64,000 nt of DNA from Azolla caroliniana (Eukaryota > Plantae > Polypodiophyta): the NCBI GenBank assembly GCA_043228905.1, contig JBHGNT010000002.1, forward strand, positions 6,696,001 to 6,760,000, given 5' to 3'. Shown here piece by piece: positions 1 to 12,585 of this stretch (within the stretch, counting starts at the first letter, position 1; each line of letters begins with the position of its first letter). The notes below the pieces were generated by a model, which ran no database searches, was not told where the DNA came from, and saw only the letters and a program-made list of their open reading frames with translations. A program made the translations under genes and the position numbers.

Positions 1-402
1 TTATATTTATTTTAAACCCTTGGAATTTGGTATACATTATCTGTAGTCAACTATTTGCTTAATAAAAATGACAAAGAGGAAGTTTCCTTCGCAAGTGCAA
101 TAAAGGAAATTGCATAAAGTAAACATTGCAGAAGCCCCAATCTACAAAGTGCACAAAATATTGTTATAACAGTTATGAACCGTTCAAACTACATTAGATC
201 GTAATTTTGTTGGAAAGCTTGAACATGTCCCTATGGCCTACCTCCACTTGGAGACCATACACACCTGAAATATATGTAAGAGGAAATTTTGTCCCATTAC
301 ATGGAAGTCGATAATGATATGTATGCACATCATATCAATTTAATGTATGCTTCTTCATAACCATTCCTATTATCATAGTCTTGCTTGTGCCACTAAGAAA
401 GA

Positions 403-736
403 CTATGATAATAGGAGTCCTAATAAAAAAGTAGGCAATGCCCCAACAAACACTCACTTATGCATTGAGGATTGAGTGTGAACAAAATGCTTATCTCCAT
501 GTCCATCCATTCACATTACTGTTATTTGTCCATTGGTGGCCATTGTTTTGCTAAATCTTGAACCCCAAGCTATGATAATAGGAGTCCTAATAAAAAAGTA
601 GGCCATGCCCCAACAAACACTCACTTATGTGTTGAGCATCGAGTGTGAACAAAATGCTTATCTCCATGTCCATCCATTCACATTACTGTTATTTGTCTAT
701 TGGTGGCCATTGTTTCGCTAAATCTTGAACCCCTAA
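403..736. repeat. Tandem duplication, 2 x ~167 bp, AT-rich
   Basis: ctatgataataggagtcctaataaaaaagtagg... starts at 403 and again at 570; the copies differ by scattered substitutions. Confidence 0.9.
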
Positions 737-823
737 CCATTCAATCCTATAAGCTGCTACCAATTACACTATGTCTTTTTGTTATCACTTATTTGTGCTA
801 CCCTTAATTTTCCATGTAACTTG

Positions 824-1425
824 TGTTGGGATTACGGTCCCTTCGGATGGGATGGTCGGATATCGGAGATGAATGCCGACAAGCCCGGTTTCGGTTTCGG
901 AACCGGATGATGAAGACCCCGGCTTCGGAGCCGGATGACGAATGTACCCGGAGCGAGATCCGAATGCAGGGACATATCTGTGAATATGTTTGCCAAGGGC
1001 CCTTGAGGCTATAGTTGTAAATAGCCCCAAAGTCATATGTGTATAAATATGACTTAGGGCAAACAGTTTTGTAGTTGCTACTCATTTTTCTGTTTTTCCA
1101 CTCAAGAGGAGTGAAGAGAGAGCAGCCGTGAGAGAGATAGAGCGTGAGAGAGGAGGAGGTCGACGCCTCTGTGTATTTCCGCCGCCTGTGGCGAGGACAA
1201 CGAGCTCAAGGTCGTCGCCTTGCAGCTCGCCATTGTATATTTCTCTGTGCATAGTTTTGGTTTGGAGTCTTGTACTCCCGTGGTTTTTCCCGTCTAGGGT
1301 TTTCCACGTTAATCCCTGTGTATTCGTGTTCTTTCTCTGTGGTTCCTATTTTCTGCTGCATTGATTCGTGCTTACTCGGTTGTGGCCGAGTGGTGAAGGT
1401 TAATCGGAGCGTCGATTTCTCTACA
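824..1425 (+). repeat. Copia-1 5' LTR
   Basis: tgttgggattacgg...ttctctaca; matches 5538-6139 with one difference seen (T1050 vs G5764); TATAAAT near 1042. Confidence 0.97.
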
Positions 1426-1428
1426 AAC

Positions 1429-1440
1429 TGGTATCAGAGC
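1429..1440 (+). promoter_or_regulatory. Primer-binding site, tRNA-iMet
   Basis: TGGTATCAGAGC 3 nt after the 5' LTR. Confidence 0.95.
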
Positions 1441-1454
1441 GACTGCTGCAGAAA

Positions 1455-4400
1455 ATGGAAGGCGGCGGCAGCGGGCAGCCGGGGATGATGGTGCTGAATG
1501 CGCAGAATTACGCCGACTGGAAGATCAAGATGGAGGATCTTCTAATTGTTCGGGACCTGTACGAACCGATCGACAGGTCGGAAATACCGAAGGGGGTACT
1601 TGAGTCGGAATGGAGGCTTCTGAACCGGAAAGCCGTAGCAACCATTCGGCAATACGTAGACGTGAGCGTTCTACAACATGTGGCGAACGACACCAATGCA
1701 TATGAGATGTGGCGGAAGCTGTCGGGCCTCTACGAGAGGAAGAATGCGTTGAACCGGACCTCCCTGATGAGGAAGATAGTGAACCTCAAGTACCGGGACG
1801 GCGAGAGTATGGTGGAACACGTAAGCACGTTCATGGGATTCGTGAACCAGCTTGCGGCGATCAAGTTCCCGCTGGAGGATGCAATGCAAGCCATCATTCT
1901 GATGTGTACATTGCCGGAAAGCTGGGAGAACTTGGTGGTGACTCTCAACACCTCCTGCACCGAAGATAACTTGTCCCTACAAACGGTAAAGACAAGTATT
2001 TTGAACGAAGAAGCGCATCGGAGAGATAAAGAACCGGCCTCCGATCCGAAGATGTTGTTTACCGAATCGGATCGGGGAAGACAACGGAACCGGAGTCCGC
2101 AAAGACGGGAGAAGTCGGGGACCCGGTCGCAGTCAAGAGGAAGACCCACATGCTTCCACTGTGGGAAGCCGGGGCACTTCCGAAAGAATTGTCGGCATTA
2201 CCGAAAAGACAACGGAGCCGACGACACCGATTCGAAGAAGTCTTCGGAATGGAACGGTGCTTACCGGGGAGCCGGGACCGGAATGGTTCGGATCCGCGAG
2301 GGCAGGACAGGAAAGGAACGACGGCACTCGCGGCAAGTGAGGAAGAAATCATGCTCATCACCGAAGAAGGTGAGCTAAACATTGCCGGCGATGAGACGAC
2401 CTGGGTGGTCGATTCCGGAGCGTCGTTCCACCTGACCCCGGAAAGAAGATACTTCTCATCCTACACAGCGGGTGAGCATGGCTGTGTTCGGATGGGAAAT
2501 GAAGGTACGTGCCGGATCGCCGGCATAGGAGACGTGTGGTTGACAACCTCGACCGGATGTAAAATGCTGCTGAAGGATGTCCGACACGTTCCGGAGGTTC
2601 GATTGAACCTGATTTCGGCCGGGAGGCTAGACGATGAAGGCTACACAGGTAGCATCCGGAACGGAGTAATGAAGTTCAGCAAAGGGAGCCTGATAGTGGC
2701 TCGGGCCCGGAAGATCAACACACTGTACCTGATGAATGCCCGGTTATGTCCGGAAGAGCTGAATGTGGCAGCCGACACTGCCGGTGAGCTGTGGCACAAA
2801 AGACTGTGCCACATGAGTGAGAAGGGGATGAAGAGGCTTGCAGAAGACAACCTTATTCCAGTGAAGCATGTGCACCTGGAGAAGTGCACCGATTGCCTGG
2901 CCGGTAAGCAGAACCGAACCTCCTTCCACTCAAGGCCACCGACGAGACGTAGCGCACCATTGGAGTTGGTGCACACCGATGTGTGTCAGGTAGAAACGAA
3001 GTCACATGGCGGAGCCCAGTACTTCGTAACATTCATAGATGATCATAGCCGAAGACTGTGGACGGCACCGATGAAGACAAAGGACCAAGTGTTGTCCGTC
3101 TTCAAAGAACTCCACGCGAGAGTGGAAAGAGAATCCGGCAAGAAGCTGAAAGTGATACGAGCGGATAACGGAGGGGAATACCGGGGACAGTTCCAGGAGT
3201 ACTGTCGCTCGAAGGGAATCCGGCTCGAGTTTACTGTGCCGAAGACGCCGGAACTGAACGGGCTGGCCGAGAGGATGAATCGGACCATAATGGAGAGGGT
3301 CCGGAGTATGCTGGCGCATGCGGAATTACCCAAGGGGTTTTGGGCTGAGGCGATGTCGACGGCGACATACGTGATAAACAGATCACCCTCAGTACCTTTG
3401 GACGGAGACACGCCGCAGAGAGTGTGGACCGGTAGGGAAGTATCCTACCGGCATCTGAAGGTGTTCGGGTGTCTCGCATACGTGCATGTGGCAAAGGACC
3501 GGAGAGGAAAGCTAGATCCAAAGACCCGGCCATGCATATTCCTCGGTTACGGCGATGACGAGTTCGGCTACCGAGTATGGGACCCGGTCGACAAGAAGAT
3601 ATTCCGGAGTCGTGATATCATCTTCATGGAGAACAAGACACTCGCCGACTGGGAGTCGGAGAAGAAGATGAAGAGCTCCAAGTCGACCGGTGAGGATCAA
3701 CTCTACGAGGAGCAGTCCCGACCGGCAAGGGACCGGTTAGCACTCGAGGATCCGGCCGAAGACGGTGAAGAAACAGAACCGGCCGAAGAAGATGAAAATG
3801 ATACCGGAACCGGCCCCGATCCCGAAATAGATTCGGATGAAGAAGAATCGGAAGAACCGGTTACCGAAGCTCCGGAACGGAGATATCCTCTAAGAGAGAG
3901 AAGGCCCCCCCGGAGATTTCCGGAACCAGAGCACCTGTTGCTAACCGACGAGGGGGAGCCGGAGAGCTTTGAAGAAGCAAAGCATGACACCCAGAGCCGC
4001 AGGTGGTTGAGTGCCATGCAGGACGAGATGGATTCCCTGCATGAGAACCACACATATGAACTTGTGGAGTTGCCGAAAGGAAAGCGGGCACTTCGGAACA
4101 AGTGGGTGTTCAAGCTGAAACCGGGAGATGCCGGAAACCCCCCGAGATACAAAGCCAGGATCGTGGTGAAGGGGTTTCAGCAAAAGAAGGGCGTCGACTT
4201 CGACGAGATATTTGCCCCGGTAGTGAAGATGACCTCCATCCGGACGGTGCTGAGCATAGCGGCAAGCATGGACCTCGAGGTAGAACAGATGGACGTGAAG
4301 ACGGCATTCCTTCACGGTGACCTCGAAGAAGAAATCTACATGCAGCAACCGGAAGGATTCGAGAAGAAAGGGAAGGAGCACCTGGTATGCCGGTTGAAGA

Positions 4401-5527
4401 AGAGCCTTTACGGACTGAAGCAGGCTCCCCGGCAATGGTACCGGAAGTTCGACTCCTTCATGACCGACGAAGGGTACCTCAAAACGCAGTCCGACCACTG
4501 CGTGTTTGTGAAGAAGTTCGAAGGAGGAGACTTTCTAATACTCCTCCTGTACGTGGACGACATGTTGATCGTCGGACAAGACCAGGTCAAGATACGGATG
4601 CTGAAGAAGGCTCTTCACCGAACCTTCTCAATGAAGGACCTGGGTCCGGCGAGACAAATACTAGGGATGCACATCATCCGGGACCGGAGCAAGAAGCAGT
4701 TGTGGCTGTCACAGGAAAAGTACGTGACAAAGGTGCTTAAACGGTTCAACATGTCGGAAGCAAGACCGGTCGGATCGACCCTCCCGACAAACTGCAAGCT
4801 GTCCAGCAAGCAAAGTCCCTAGACAAAGGCTGAGAAGGAGGACATGATGAAAGTGCCATATGCCTCTGCCGTCGGAAGCTTGATGTACGCAATGGTGTGT
4901 ACCCGACCGGACATAGGATATGCAGTCGGAGTGGTGAGCCGGTACATGAGCAATCCCGGCAAAGAGCATTGGAACGCGGCCAAGTGGATACTCCGATACC
5001 TGAAGGGCACGGCAAACGTGTGCCTTCGATTCGGCTCCGGTAAGCCCGAACTCGACGGCTTTACCGATTCGGATATGTCGGTTGATGCAGATACCAGCCG
5101 GTCCACATCAGGGTATGTGATGACGTATGCAGGGGGAGCTGTTTCATGGCAGTCGAGGCTGCAGAAGACGGTTGCGTTGTCAACCACGGAGGCGGAGTAC
5201 AGGGCAGCTGTTGAAGCCGGCAAGGAAATAATATGGATGAAGGACTTCATTAGAGAGCTCGGTATCCGGCAGGAGGAGTACCGACTCTACTGCGACAGTC
5301 AGAGTGCAATCCGCCTTGCAAAGAACGCGGCCTATCACTCCCGGACGAAGCACATCCAGCGAAGATATCACTGGATCCGGGAAAGGATAGAAGACAAGGA
5401 GTTCGTGCTGACGAAGGTCCACACGGACGAGAACGGGTCGGATATGCTGACCAAGGTGCTCACGCCCGACAAGCTGGAAGCATGCCGGAAGAGGATCGGA
5501 TTGGAGAGACATCCCATGCCGAAGTGA
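1455..5527 (+). pseudogene. Copia gag-pol, broken by a 1-bp deletion near 2274 and a premature TAG at 4820-4822
   Basis: Gag zinc knuckle CFHCGKPGHFRKNC; PR WVVDSGASFH; GAG-pre-INT LWHKRLCH; INT ADNGGEY; RT LLYVDDM; RH GFTDSD...KHI; the sister copy at 15743-19075 reads through both lesions. Confidence 0.95.
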
Positions 5528-5537
5528 AGGGGGAGTT

Positions 5538-6139
5538 TGTTGGGATTACGGTCCCTTCGGATGGGATGGTCGGATATCGGAGATGAATGCCGACAAGCCC
5601 GGTTTCGGTTTCGGAACCGGATGATGAAGACCCCGGCTTCGGAGCCGGATGACGAATGTACCCGGAGCGAGATCCGAATGCAGGGACATATCTGTGAATA
5701 TGTTTGCCAAGGGCCCTTGAGGCTATAGTTGTAAATAGCCCCAAAGTCATATGTGTATAAATAGGACTTAGGGCAAACAGTTTTGTAGTTGCTACTCATT
5801 TTTCTGTTTTTCCACTCAAGAGGAGTGAAGAGAGAGCAGCCGTGAGAGAGATAGAGCGTGAGAGAGGAGGAGGTCGACGCCTCTGTGTATTTCCGCCGCC
5901 TGTGGCGAGGACAACGAGCTCAAGGTCGTCGCCTTGCAGCTCGCCATTGTATATTTCTCTGTGCATAGTTTTGGTTTGGAGTCTTGTACTCCCGTGGTTT
6001 TTCCCGTCTAGGGTTTTCCACGTTAATCCCTGTGTATTCGTGTTCTTTCTCTGTGGTTCCTATTTTCTGCTGCATTGATTCGTGCTTACTCGGTTGTGGC
6101 CGAGTGGTGAAGGTTAATCGGAGCGTCGATTTCTCTACA
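5538..6139 (+). repeat. Copia-1 3' LTR, preceded by PPT GAAGGGGGAG
   Basis: Direct repeat of 824-1425; PPT at 5526-5535. Confidence 0.97.
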
Positions 6140-6281
6140 ACTTGCGCCTACCCTAAACCCCACTAGTGCCGTAAGTAAATGTCACCCAACATCAACTACC
6201 ACGTTACCATATATGCATCATTTTGAATTGGCACATCACTTATAAATATTATTGTATATTGCGTGATGTCATTCTTATTGT

Positions 6282-6395
6282 ATTTGTGCTACTCTTAATT
6301 TTCCATGTAACTTGCGCCTACTCTAAACCCCACTAGTGACGTAAGTAGACATCACCTAACATCAACAACTACCATGTTACCATATACGCATCATT
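6282..6395. repeat. Second copy of the local repeat into which Copia-1 inserted (empty site)
   Basis: atttgtgctactcttaattttccatgtaACTTGcgcctactctaaaccccactag matches 791-823 joined to 6145 onward. Confidence 0.85.
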
Positions 6396-7399
6396 TCTCT
6401 TATAAATATTATCACATATAAAAATTAAATAAGTCAAACACCCACCCAACTAAACTTTACCCCCTCTTTCCTTTCTCTCAAATTTACTTATCTAAGCCAA
6501 ATAAAGGGTAAACCTACCCACGGGCCACGAGAACACTTGAACCTCTTTATTTTCACAAATACCTCTCATACCCACCAATATAAAAGACCCTTTATATCTT
6601 ATACTTATCCTACATATACCTACATAAAGCCCTACATATTAGCATAAACTTACATGCATCCTTCAATAAAACACACCTTAGTGTACATGAAACATTATAA
6701 CTTTCATACCTATATTTGCCCATATAGATCATTCTATACAATACATGGACAAAAAAAGACTTGAAATAAGCATTAAACCATCAAACTAGGGATGAGATAG
6801 TTGACCATCATAATATGTTCAATGTCCCCTCAAATATATTATAGATTCTACTAAATCATGACACTTATGCTTAAATAAAAATAATGTATCCCATTACTTA
6901 CTAAAATTTTAGTTTGCTATAAAATGTATTTCTTATTATGAGAACAAACCCCTCCAACAGAACATTTCAAGACACCTCTTTCATATAATTTCAATCCTTG
7001 CTCCTTATGAGCACTCATATGCATAAAAAGTTGTATTAGCTAGGGATAAGAAAGACGAAGATGATGAGATGTGGATGGTGAGAAGGAAGAAGGTGAGGTT
7101 GGAGTGTGAAGCTAATGGAGAAAGGAATTTGTAGAAGAGAAACAAAGAAAATGCACTCAACCTAGTTTAGGTGAGGTTAAGGAGTAAAATAAGGGAAAGA
7201 AAAGTTGGAAAAAGTAACAAAAAGGAGTTGGGGAAACACAAATGAAATTGAGAATTGGGACTACTCATGAAAAGGATTTCATTAAGATGTGATATCACCA
7301 TCACCACCATCATCAATACAATATTCTTCTTTTTAATCTACTTCTCAAGTGTACAATCTTCATCCTTCTCAAGTGTATAAATCTTTGTTGAAATCTCCG

Positions 7400-8500
7400 T
7401 TCTTTTCAAGTTGACACACATCGTCACCTTTTCGATATATTTTTTGTGAACGTCCTCCCCTGTTCGAGACACCGGTGGTCCCCCTCGAGCAAAGCACGCA
7501 CACATATGTATCTTCGCGACATCTCTATTTGGTGAACCCGATGTGAAAGAGTAGCAGGGGAGCATGGTTGGACCTTCAAACATTGGAGATTCTAATGATA
7601 GTCTAGCACAAGAAATGCCGAGAATGATGGACCAAATGCTTCAAGTGAGAGATAACATCGCAGGCCTTGACATGGCCATCGATAGGCCAAAGAGGCCTCG
7701 GGTTGCTATTGGAAAACAATGAAGGCCTCATTTCTGATTGGGTAGTATTGAAGAGAACGTGTGGAAGTTTTGATAAGGGTCGACAATGGGACAACGAGAC
7801 ACGATCGAGTGTTGTAGCTTAGATTGGTCGGCAAACTCATAACGAAAGACAAGAACCACAAGCCCAAAGACCGAGGAATGACGAAGTGGCTCAACCCATG
7901 AGTGGAGCCACAATAGATGAACTTGCTGACATGCTTCGAGAGATGATAATTTCTCAAATTAGAAAGGATGAAGGTCTAAGTTTTCTAGGTCACCACTTGG
8001 ACATTCCCTGGAGGTGTATTTGGTGTGACTCTTTGGAACACCAACAGAGAGATTGCTATGAATTCCAAAATGCTCTCTGACAAGATACCATTGATCTCTC
8101 CAACAATCGGATTCATTCCTTAGTGTTGTAGCGTCCACTGAACACCAACTTCGTTCGAGGAGGTATGAAGAAGTTGATGGAGGAATTGGAAGAAAACAAA
8201 GTGAGTAGTGTTTACTATTCCTCATCCATTGGAATTCAAGTTGGACACGAGACGAGAGCCCGAGAGTCTCAAGTAGGAGAATTTTGGCTGATCATATTGA
8301 ACCAAGTCGGGAAAGGGGAGCTTTGCATGAACGAGGAATTCAAAGTGGAACAAAGAGTCCAAGCAATGACAGGATGGGAGGACCCCGTGGAGGAGAAGTC
8401 TAGCTTCGTGGAGGCCATCTATCAAAACTATGACATCCTAGTTGAAGAGAAACGAAAAAAACCAAATTACCAAGTAGGCTCTTTAAAGAAGTGACATGAG
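7400..8500 (+). mobile_element. Decayed tRNA-Trp-primed Gypsy 5' remnant (LTR end, PBS, gag fragments)
   Basis: ...gcgaca ends at 7521; tggtgaacccgatgtga at 7530-7546; gag pieces RCIWCDSLEH and TGWEDPV match ORFs 22418 and 34585; the start boundary is approximate. Confidence 0.75.
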
Positions 8501-8558
8501 TCATGAGACATACATTTTGGCCTTACAAGGATTTGAGCCCAAGACATCTTGGTTTATA

Positions 8559-8757
8559 TGTTAGACCTTTAACCATTATAATAACATATATGATGTAGTT
8601 ATAATAAATTTATTGTTAGTTATTACAAGATATTTAGAGTATTCCAGAACATTCTAGAGTATTCCATGATTATATTAAATATCATAAATATTGAAAATAT
8701 TCTAGAACATTCTAGAATACTCCATAAGGACCTAGTGTTCTTTCTCTCTCTCTCTCT
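8559..8757 (+). repeat. Probable LTR 5' fragment
   Basis: Starts TGTTAG, has reiterated tagagtattcc/tctagaa motifs, ends in (TC)n at the LINE junction. Confidence 0.4.
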
Positions 8758-11700
8758 TGGAAAGGCCATTGGTGAATGTGAATGTATATGGGGCACACCG
8801 AGTTGGGAAACATGGTGTTACTCGCTCCAGAGAAAGGCCCATTGTATGCACAATGATGGATGATACAAAGCGGCGGATCATACTCGAAAATAGTTGGGTA
8901 TACCTCAAAGGTACGCAATGCTTTGTGAGTGAAGATCGTACTATCTCACAACAAAATGCCCGCCGTGAAGCATATGAAGAAAGATTAAAAAATAAGGTGA
9001 AGGATGTGCTTAAAGATGGAAATGTAGACAAATAGGGACACGTGACCTATGCGACTAAACCACGTCTTTTACAACTATGTTTTTGGAATTGCAATGGATA
9101 CCCATGGAATGCGGGATTCGGCATAGAGGAGTTCACCGATGACTCGGATATCACACTTCTTGTTGAAACATGGGAGCATGATACTCAAAGGATTCAAGGT
9201 TTAGGAAACTATAATGTACACTCTTTGATATGGGAGAAAAATCCAAGACAAAGAAGAGGACAAGGAGGGGTGGCATGTTTGATTAAGAAGGAAATAGAGA
9301 AATATGTGTCAATCGTAAAAAATGATGAACATAAATGCTACATATGGCTCAAAATAGAAACACCTAATGATTAGCCCACTTTTGTCGTTGGATGTTACAT
9401 TCCTCATCAAGATTCTAACTTCTATGCTTGTTTGGATAAAGATCAACCTTTAGCAAATCTAGAAGATGATATTGCTTATTTCAAATCCAAAGGGGAAGTT
9501 ATTGTCTTTGGTGACATGAATGCTCGTACAAGAAGTTTCCAACTTGATTCACAAGAATCTTTCATGCCACATATCTCAAGGATGCAAGAGGATATGCAAA
9601 TGTATAGTCGATCTTCTAGCAATGAAAAAGATCCGGACCAATTTGGGAAACTATTCCTACAAATGTGCAATAGTGCCGGATTGCTTATTGCAAATGGTGT
9701 TTCCTTATGGCCCAATACTAACGGCTTTACATGTAGAAAACACAATGGAAATAGTGTGATTGACTATGTGATACTTTCCGAAGGTATTTTGGATCATATA
9801 CATAAATTCTCACTGGGTGAATGGACACCGGAATCCGATCCTAGGAATTTATGTATTGATCTTAAATGTATGCATAAGTTTGATTGCGAGAAGGTCATTG
9901 AAGATAGTAAACAAACGCACTTGAGCATGAATCTTAAGCGAGCGCCCATGTATTCCAAGATGGTTGAGGATATGTTACAAATGACAAAGACACAACGTGG
10001 TGCCACACTAGAATGCAAATGGGAAGCTTTTAAGAATGTCATTATCTCTTTACAAACAAATGTTTTTCGACCAACTGCACATCATGGAAATGCACCAAGA
10101 AATGTAAGAAAAAATGGCTTGATAAAGAATGTCATGAAGCTCGAAAGTGCCTATAGTTTTGGATGTAGTTAAGGATAAAGAAAATTACCAAAAGCATTTG
10201 CATGACTTTAAAAGGCTTATTCAAAGAAAGAGACAAATATGGGAAGTTACTCAACAACTTCTCCAAACACAAGAGAAAGCACATGCATGTGCTAAATTTT
10301 GGGGAAATCTAAAGGGGAAACGTGTTGAGAGTTATGGTGACTTAACTCTTCATGACTTGTCTATGCATTGTAAGAATTTATATGAGTTATGTCTTGCCGG
10401 AAAGATGATGTGTTATGGTTCTCTTTCACATATGTCTCCCTTCTTTATAATTGAAGATATATGCATAGGACTTAAGAAATTGACCTCTCGAAAGGCAAGC
10501 AATCTTCAAAGTATAAAAGCTGAAATGCTCAAATGGACTGGAAAGGAAGCACATATATGGATATGCGATATGTTTAATGATGCATTGCAATATGCTATGC
10601 CATATGATTGGACTACAAATTGGATCAAACCTTTACATAAAGGCGGAGATGTAAATAATGTAAACAACTATCGAACCATCATGGTTGGCTCATTAATGGA
10701 AAAACTATTTGGATGTATAATGGAATCAAAGATAAGTGTATGGGCAGAAAAAAATGGTAAGAGAGATTATGGACAAGCTGGTTTTCGAAAACACCATAGC
10801 ACCATTGATCATCTTGTCACTCTTCGAGTATTAATGGAGGAAAGTCGCCTTAGAGGTAAAGGTTTATATTGTTGCTTAGTAGACTTCAAGAAAGCTTTTG
10901 ATATGGTACCTCGTGAGCATCTTTGGAGGCGGATGGAAGAACTTGAGGTGCCAAGTGAATATATGCTTGCAATTTCCCGAATATATGAGAAGGTTATATG
11001 TTGTGTGCGAATGAGAGATAGACTTTCAGATTTTTTCAATAGCACTATTGGTGTTAAGCAAGGATGCCCAGTCTCACCAACATTATTTGGTCTATGCATT
11101 GATGAATTAGAAAAAATGGTTACCAAGTTTGTAAAGGAAGAATGTGTTGAAGAAGTTGCCATTGGGAATGTTGTGATTATGCTTTTGTTATATGTGGATG
11201 ATGTAGTGGTTTTTGCAAATACTTCAGGAGATGCACAAAAACTTATGAAGGTATTGGAAAAAATTTGCATGCATACTAGATTAAGTGTCAATAGCTCTAA
11301 AACAAATATTATTCTTGTGAAGAGTCAAAAAAGAGATAAACCATGCATTATGTACAACAATGAGCCACTTGAATGTGTGGAAAGCTTCAAATATCTTGGC
11401 CTTGAAGTTCCTTCAAATCATAAATGGAATGAATGTGCTACACGCCGCTTAGAGGCGGGTAAGTGAGCATATTATGCATTTGAGAACACATGCAATCTTG
11501 GAGATATTAAGTGTTGGGTCCTCAAGAAATATCTTGTTGACACTTTGGTGACACCGGTTCTTCTCTATGGGGTGGAAGTATGGGGCGGTAGCATCCCTAA
11601 ATCTATGTGGAAAGAGTTTGAAAATGTCCAAAAACATTTTCTTACAAAGTTTCTAGAAGTTAAGAAACAAACGCCCTACACCCTCGTCCTCCTTGAGACG

Positions 11701-12156
11701 GGATCGCTTCCCATTGAGATCATGGCCATGGAAAGGGTTGTTGAATACATGCTTAAGGTTCAAAAAAATCCCTCATATCAACTTCCTAGAATTGCGTGGG
11801 AAGCAAGCAAAAAGATCCAAAAGACGCATAAAAGCAAAATTTTGTGTTCCGGTTGGATGCAAGATATAGAAAAATGGTTTGGTAGATGGGATGTGAGACA
11901 CTTGCTTCATGATCTATCACTAGATTCTCTGTAAATGAGGCCTTTTTGCAACACCAATGTATCATAACATGGGACAAATGTGGTGGCTCACGCTTCACAC
12001 ATTATACTACAAATGTTGCACCTAACTACAAAACCATATTCTTCGCGGAACGGGGAAGTTGTACACATCGATACATATTAGAGCCCATCCCAATATATGT
12101 CATTCGAACCATTGCTTCCATGCGACTTAGCTCGCACGCATTGAGATGTGAGACGG
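8757..12156 (+). mobile_element. Decayed non-LTR retrotransposon (LINE), truncated at both ends; RTE-X/L2/CR1-like
   Basis: ORF1 C-terminus HRVG..RPIV..LKG..VSED; APE endonuclease FWNCNG, LVETW, GDMNART, SVIDY; RT QAGFR, DFKKAFD, GVKQGC, LLYVDD, FKYLG; C-terminal RLSSHALRCET; stops and frameshifts. Confidence 0.92.
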
Positions 12157-12585
12157 TGTCGTGGAGAAAACCGTCCCTAGGCGGAATCAGAGAATGATGT
12201 GCGCGAACCGGCCCTTACACGCGGGCACAAGTTTTGTTGTAATGTACATATTTAGGTACAAGTCGGCTAATGTGAATATCCTAGGTTGTACGGATTTGAT
12301 AGGTAGGAAATCGAGGCATATCTCTGTCCGAAAGGACAGAGAATAAAGATGGTGTAACAAGTTGTAACAGCCTCCCTCCTTGGGCTATAAAAGAGAGGGA
12401 GAGGAATCAGAAAAGGGATCGCTTTTGTCGAGGACGAAGTGTTGTCGGATGGGGACCGAGCTCTTCTCCTTCGTCTTTAGGACACAATATTACGAGAAGC
12501 GCACTGCGGCGTTGCCGAAGGGCACTATTCCGGGAACGCTACGGCAAGAAAGATATGGCACAGCGGGCTATGGTGGCCGACGACA
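12157..12585 (+). mobile_element. Isolated LTR (~429 bp) related to the Trp-family LTRs; flanks do not match
   Basis: TGTCGT...ACGACA termini; cctccctccttgggctataaaag box shared with the 40665 LTR; left flank ACGG, right flank CTAA. Confidence 0.75.

Larger units (their letters stand above)
824..6139 (+). mobile_element. Full-length Ty1/Copia LTR retrotransposon (Copia-1)
   Basis: 602-bp TG..CA LTRs at 824-1425 and 5538-6139; TSD ACTTG at 819-823 and 6140-6144; PBS; PPT; domain order gag-PR-INT-RT-RH. Confidence 0.98.

Noticed and set aside
2150-2378. Programmed gag/pol frameshift in Copia-1
   Set aside because: Copia-2 is in frame across the same region; the offset is a 1-bp deletion
6400-7340. 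Host gene or promoter in the AT-rich stretch
   Set aside because: No ORF, splice pattern or recognisable RNA; nothing supportable
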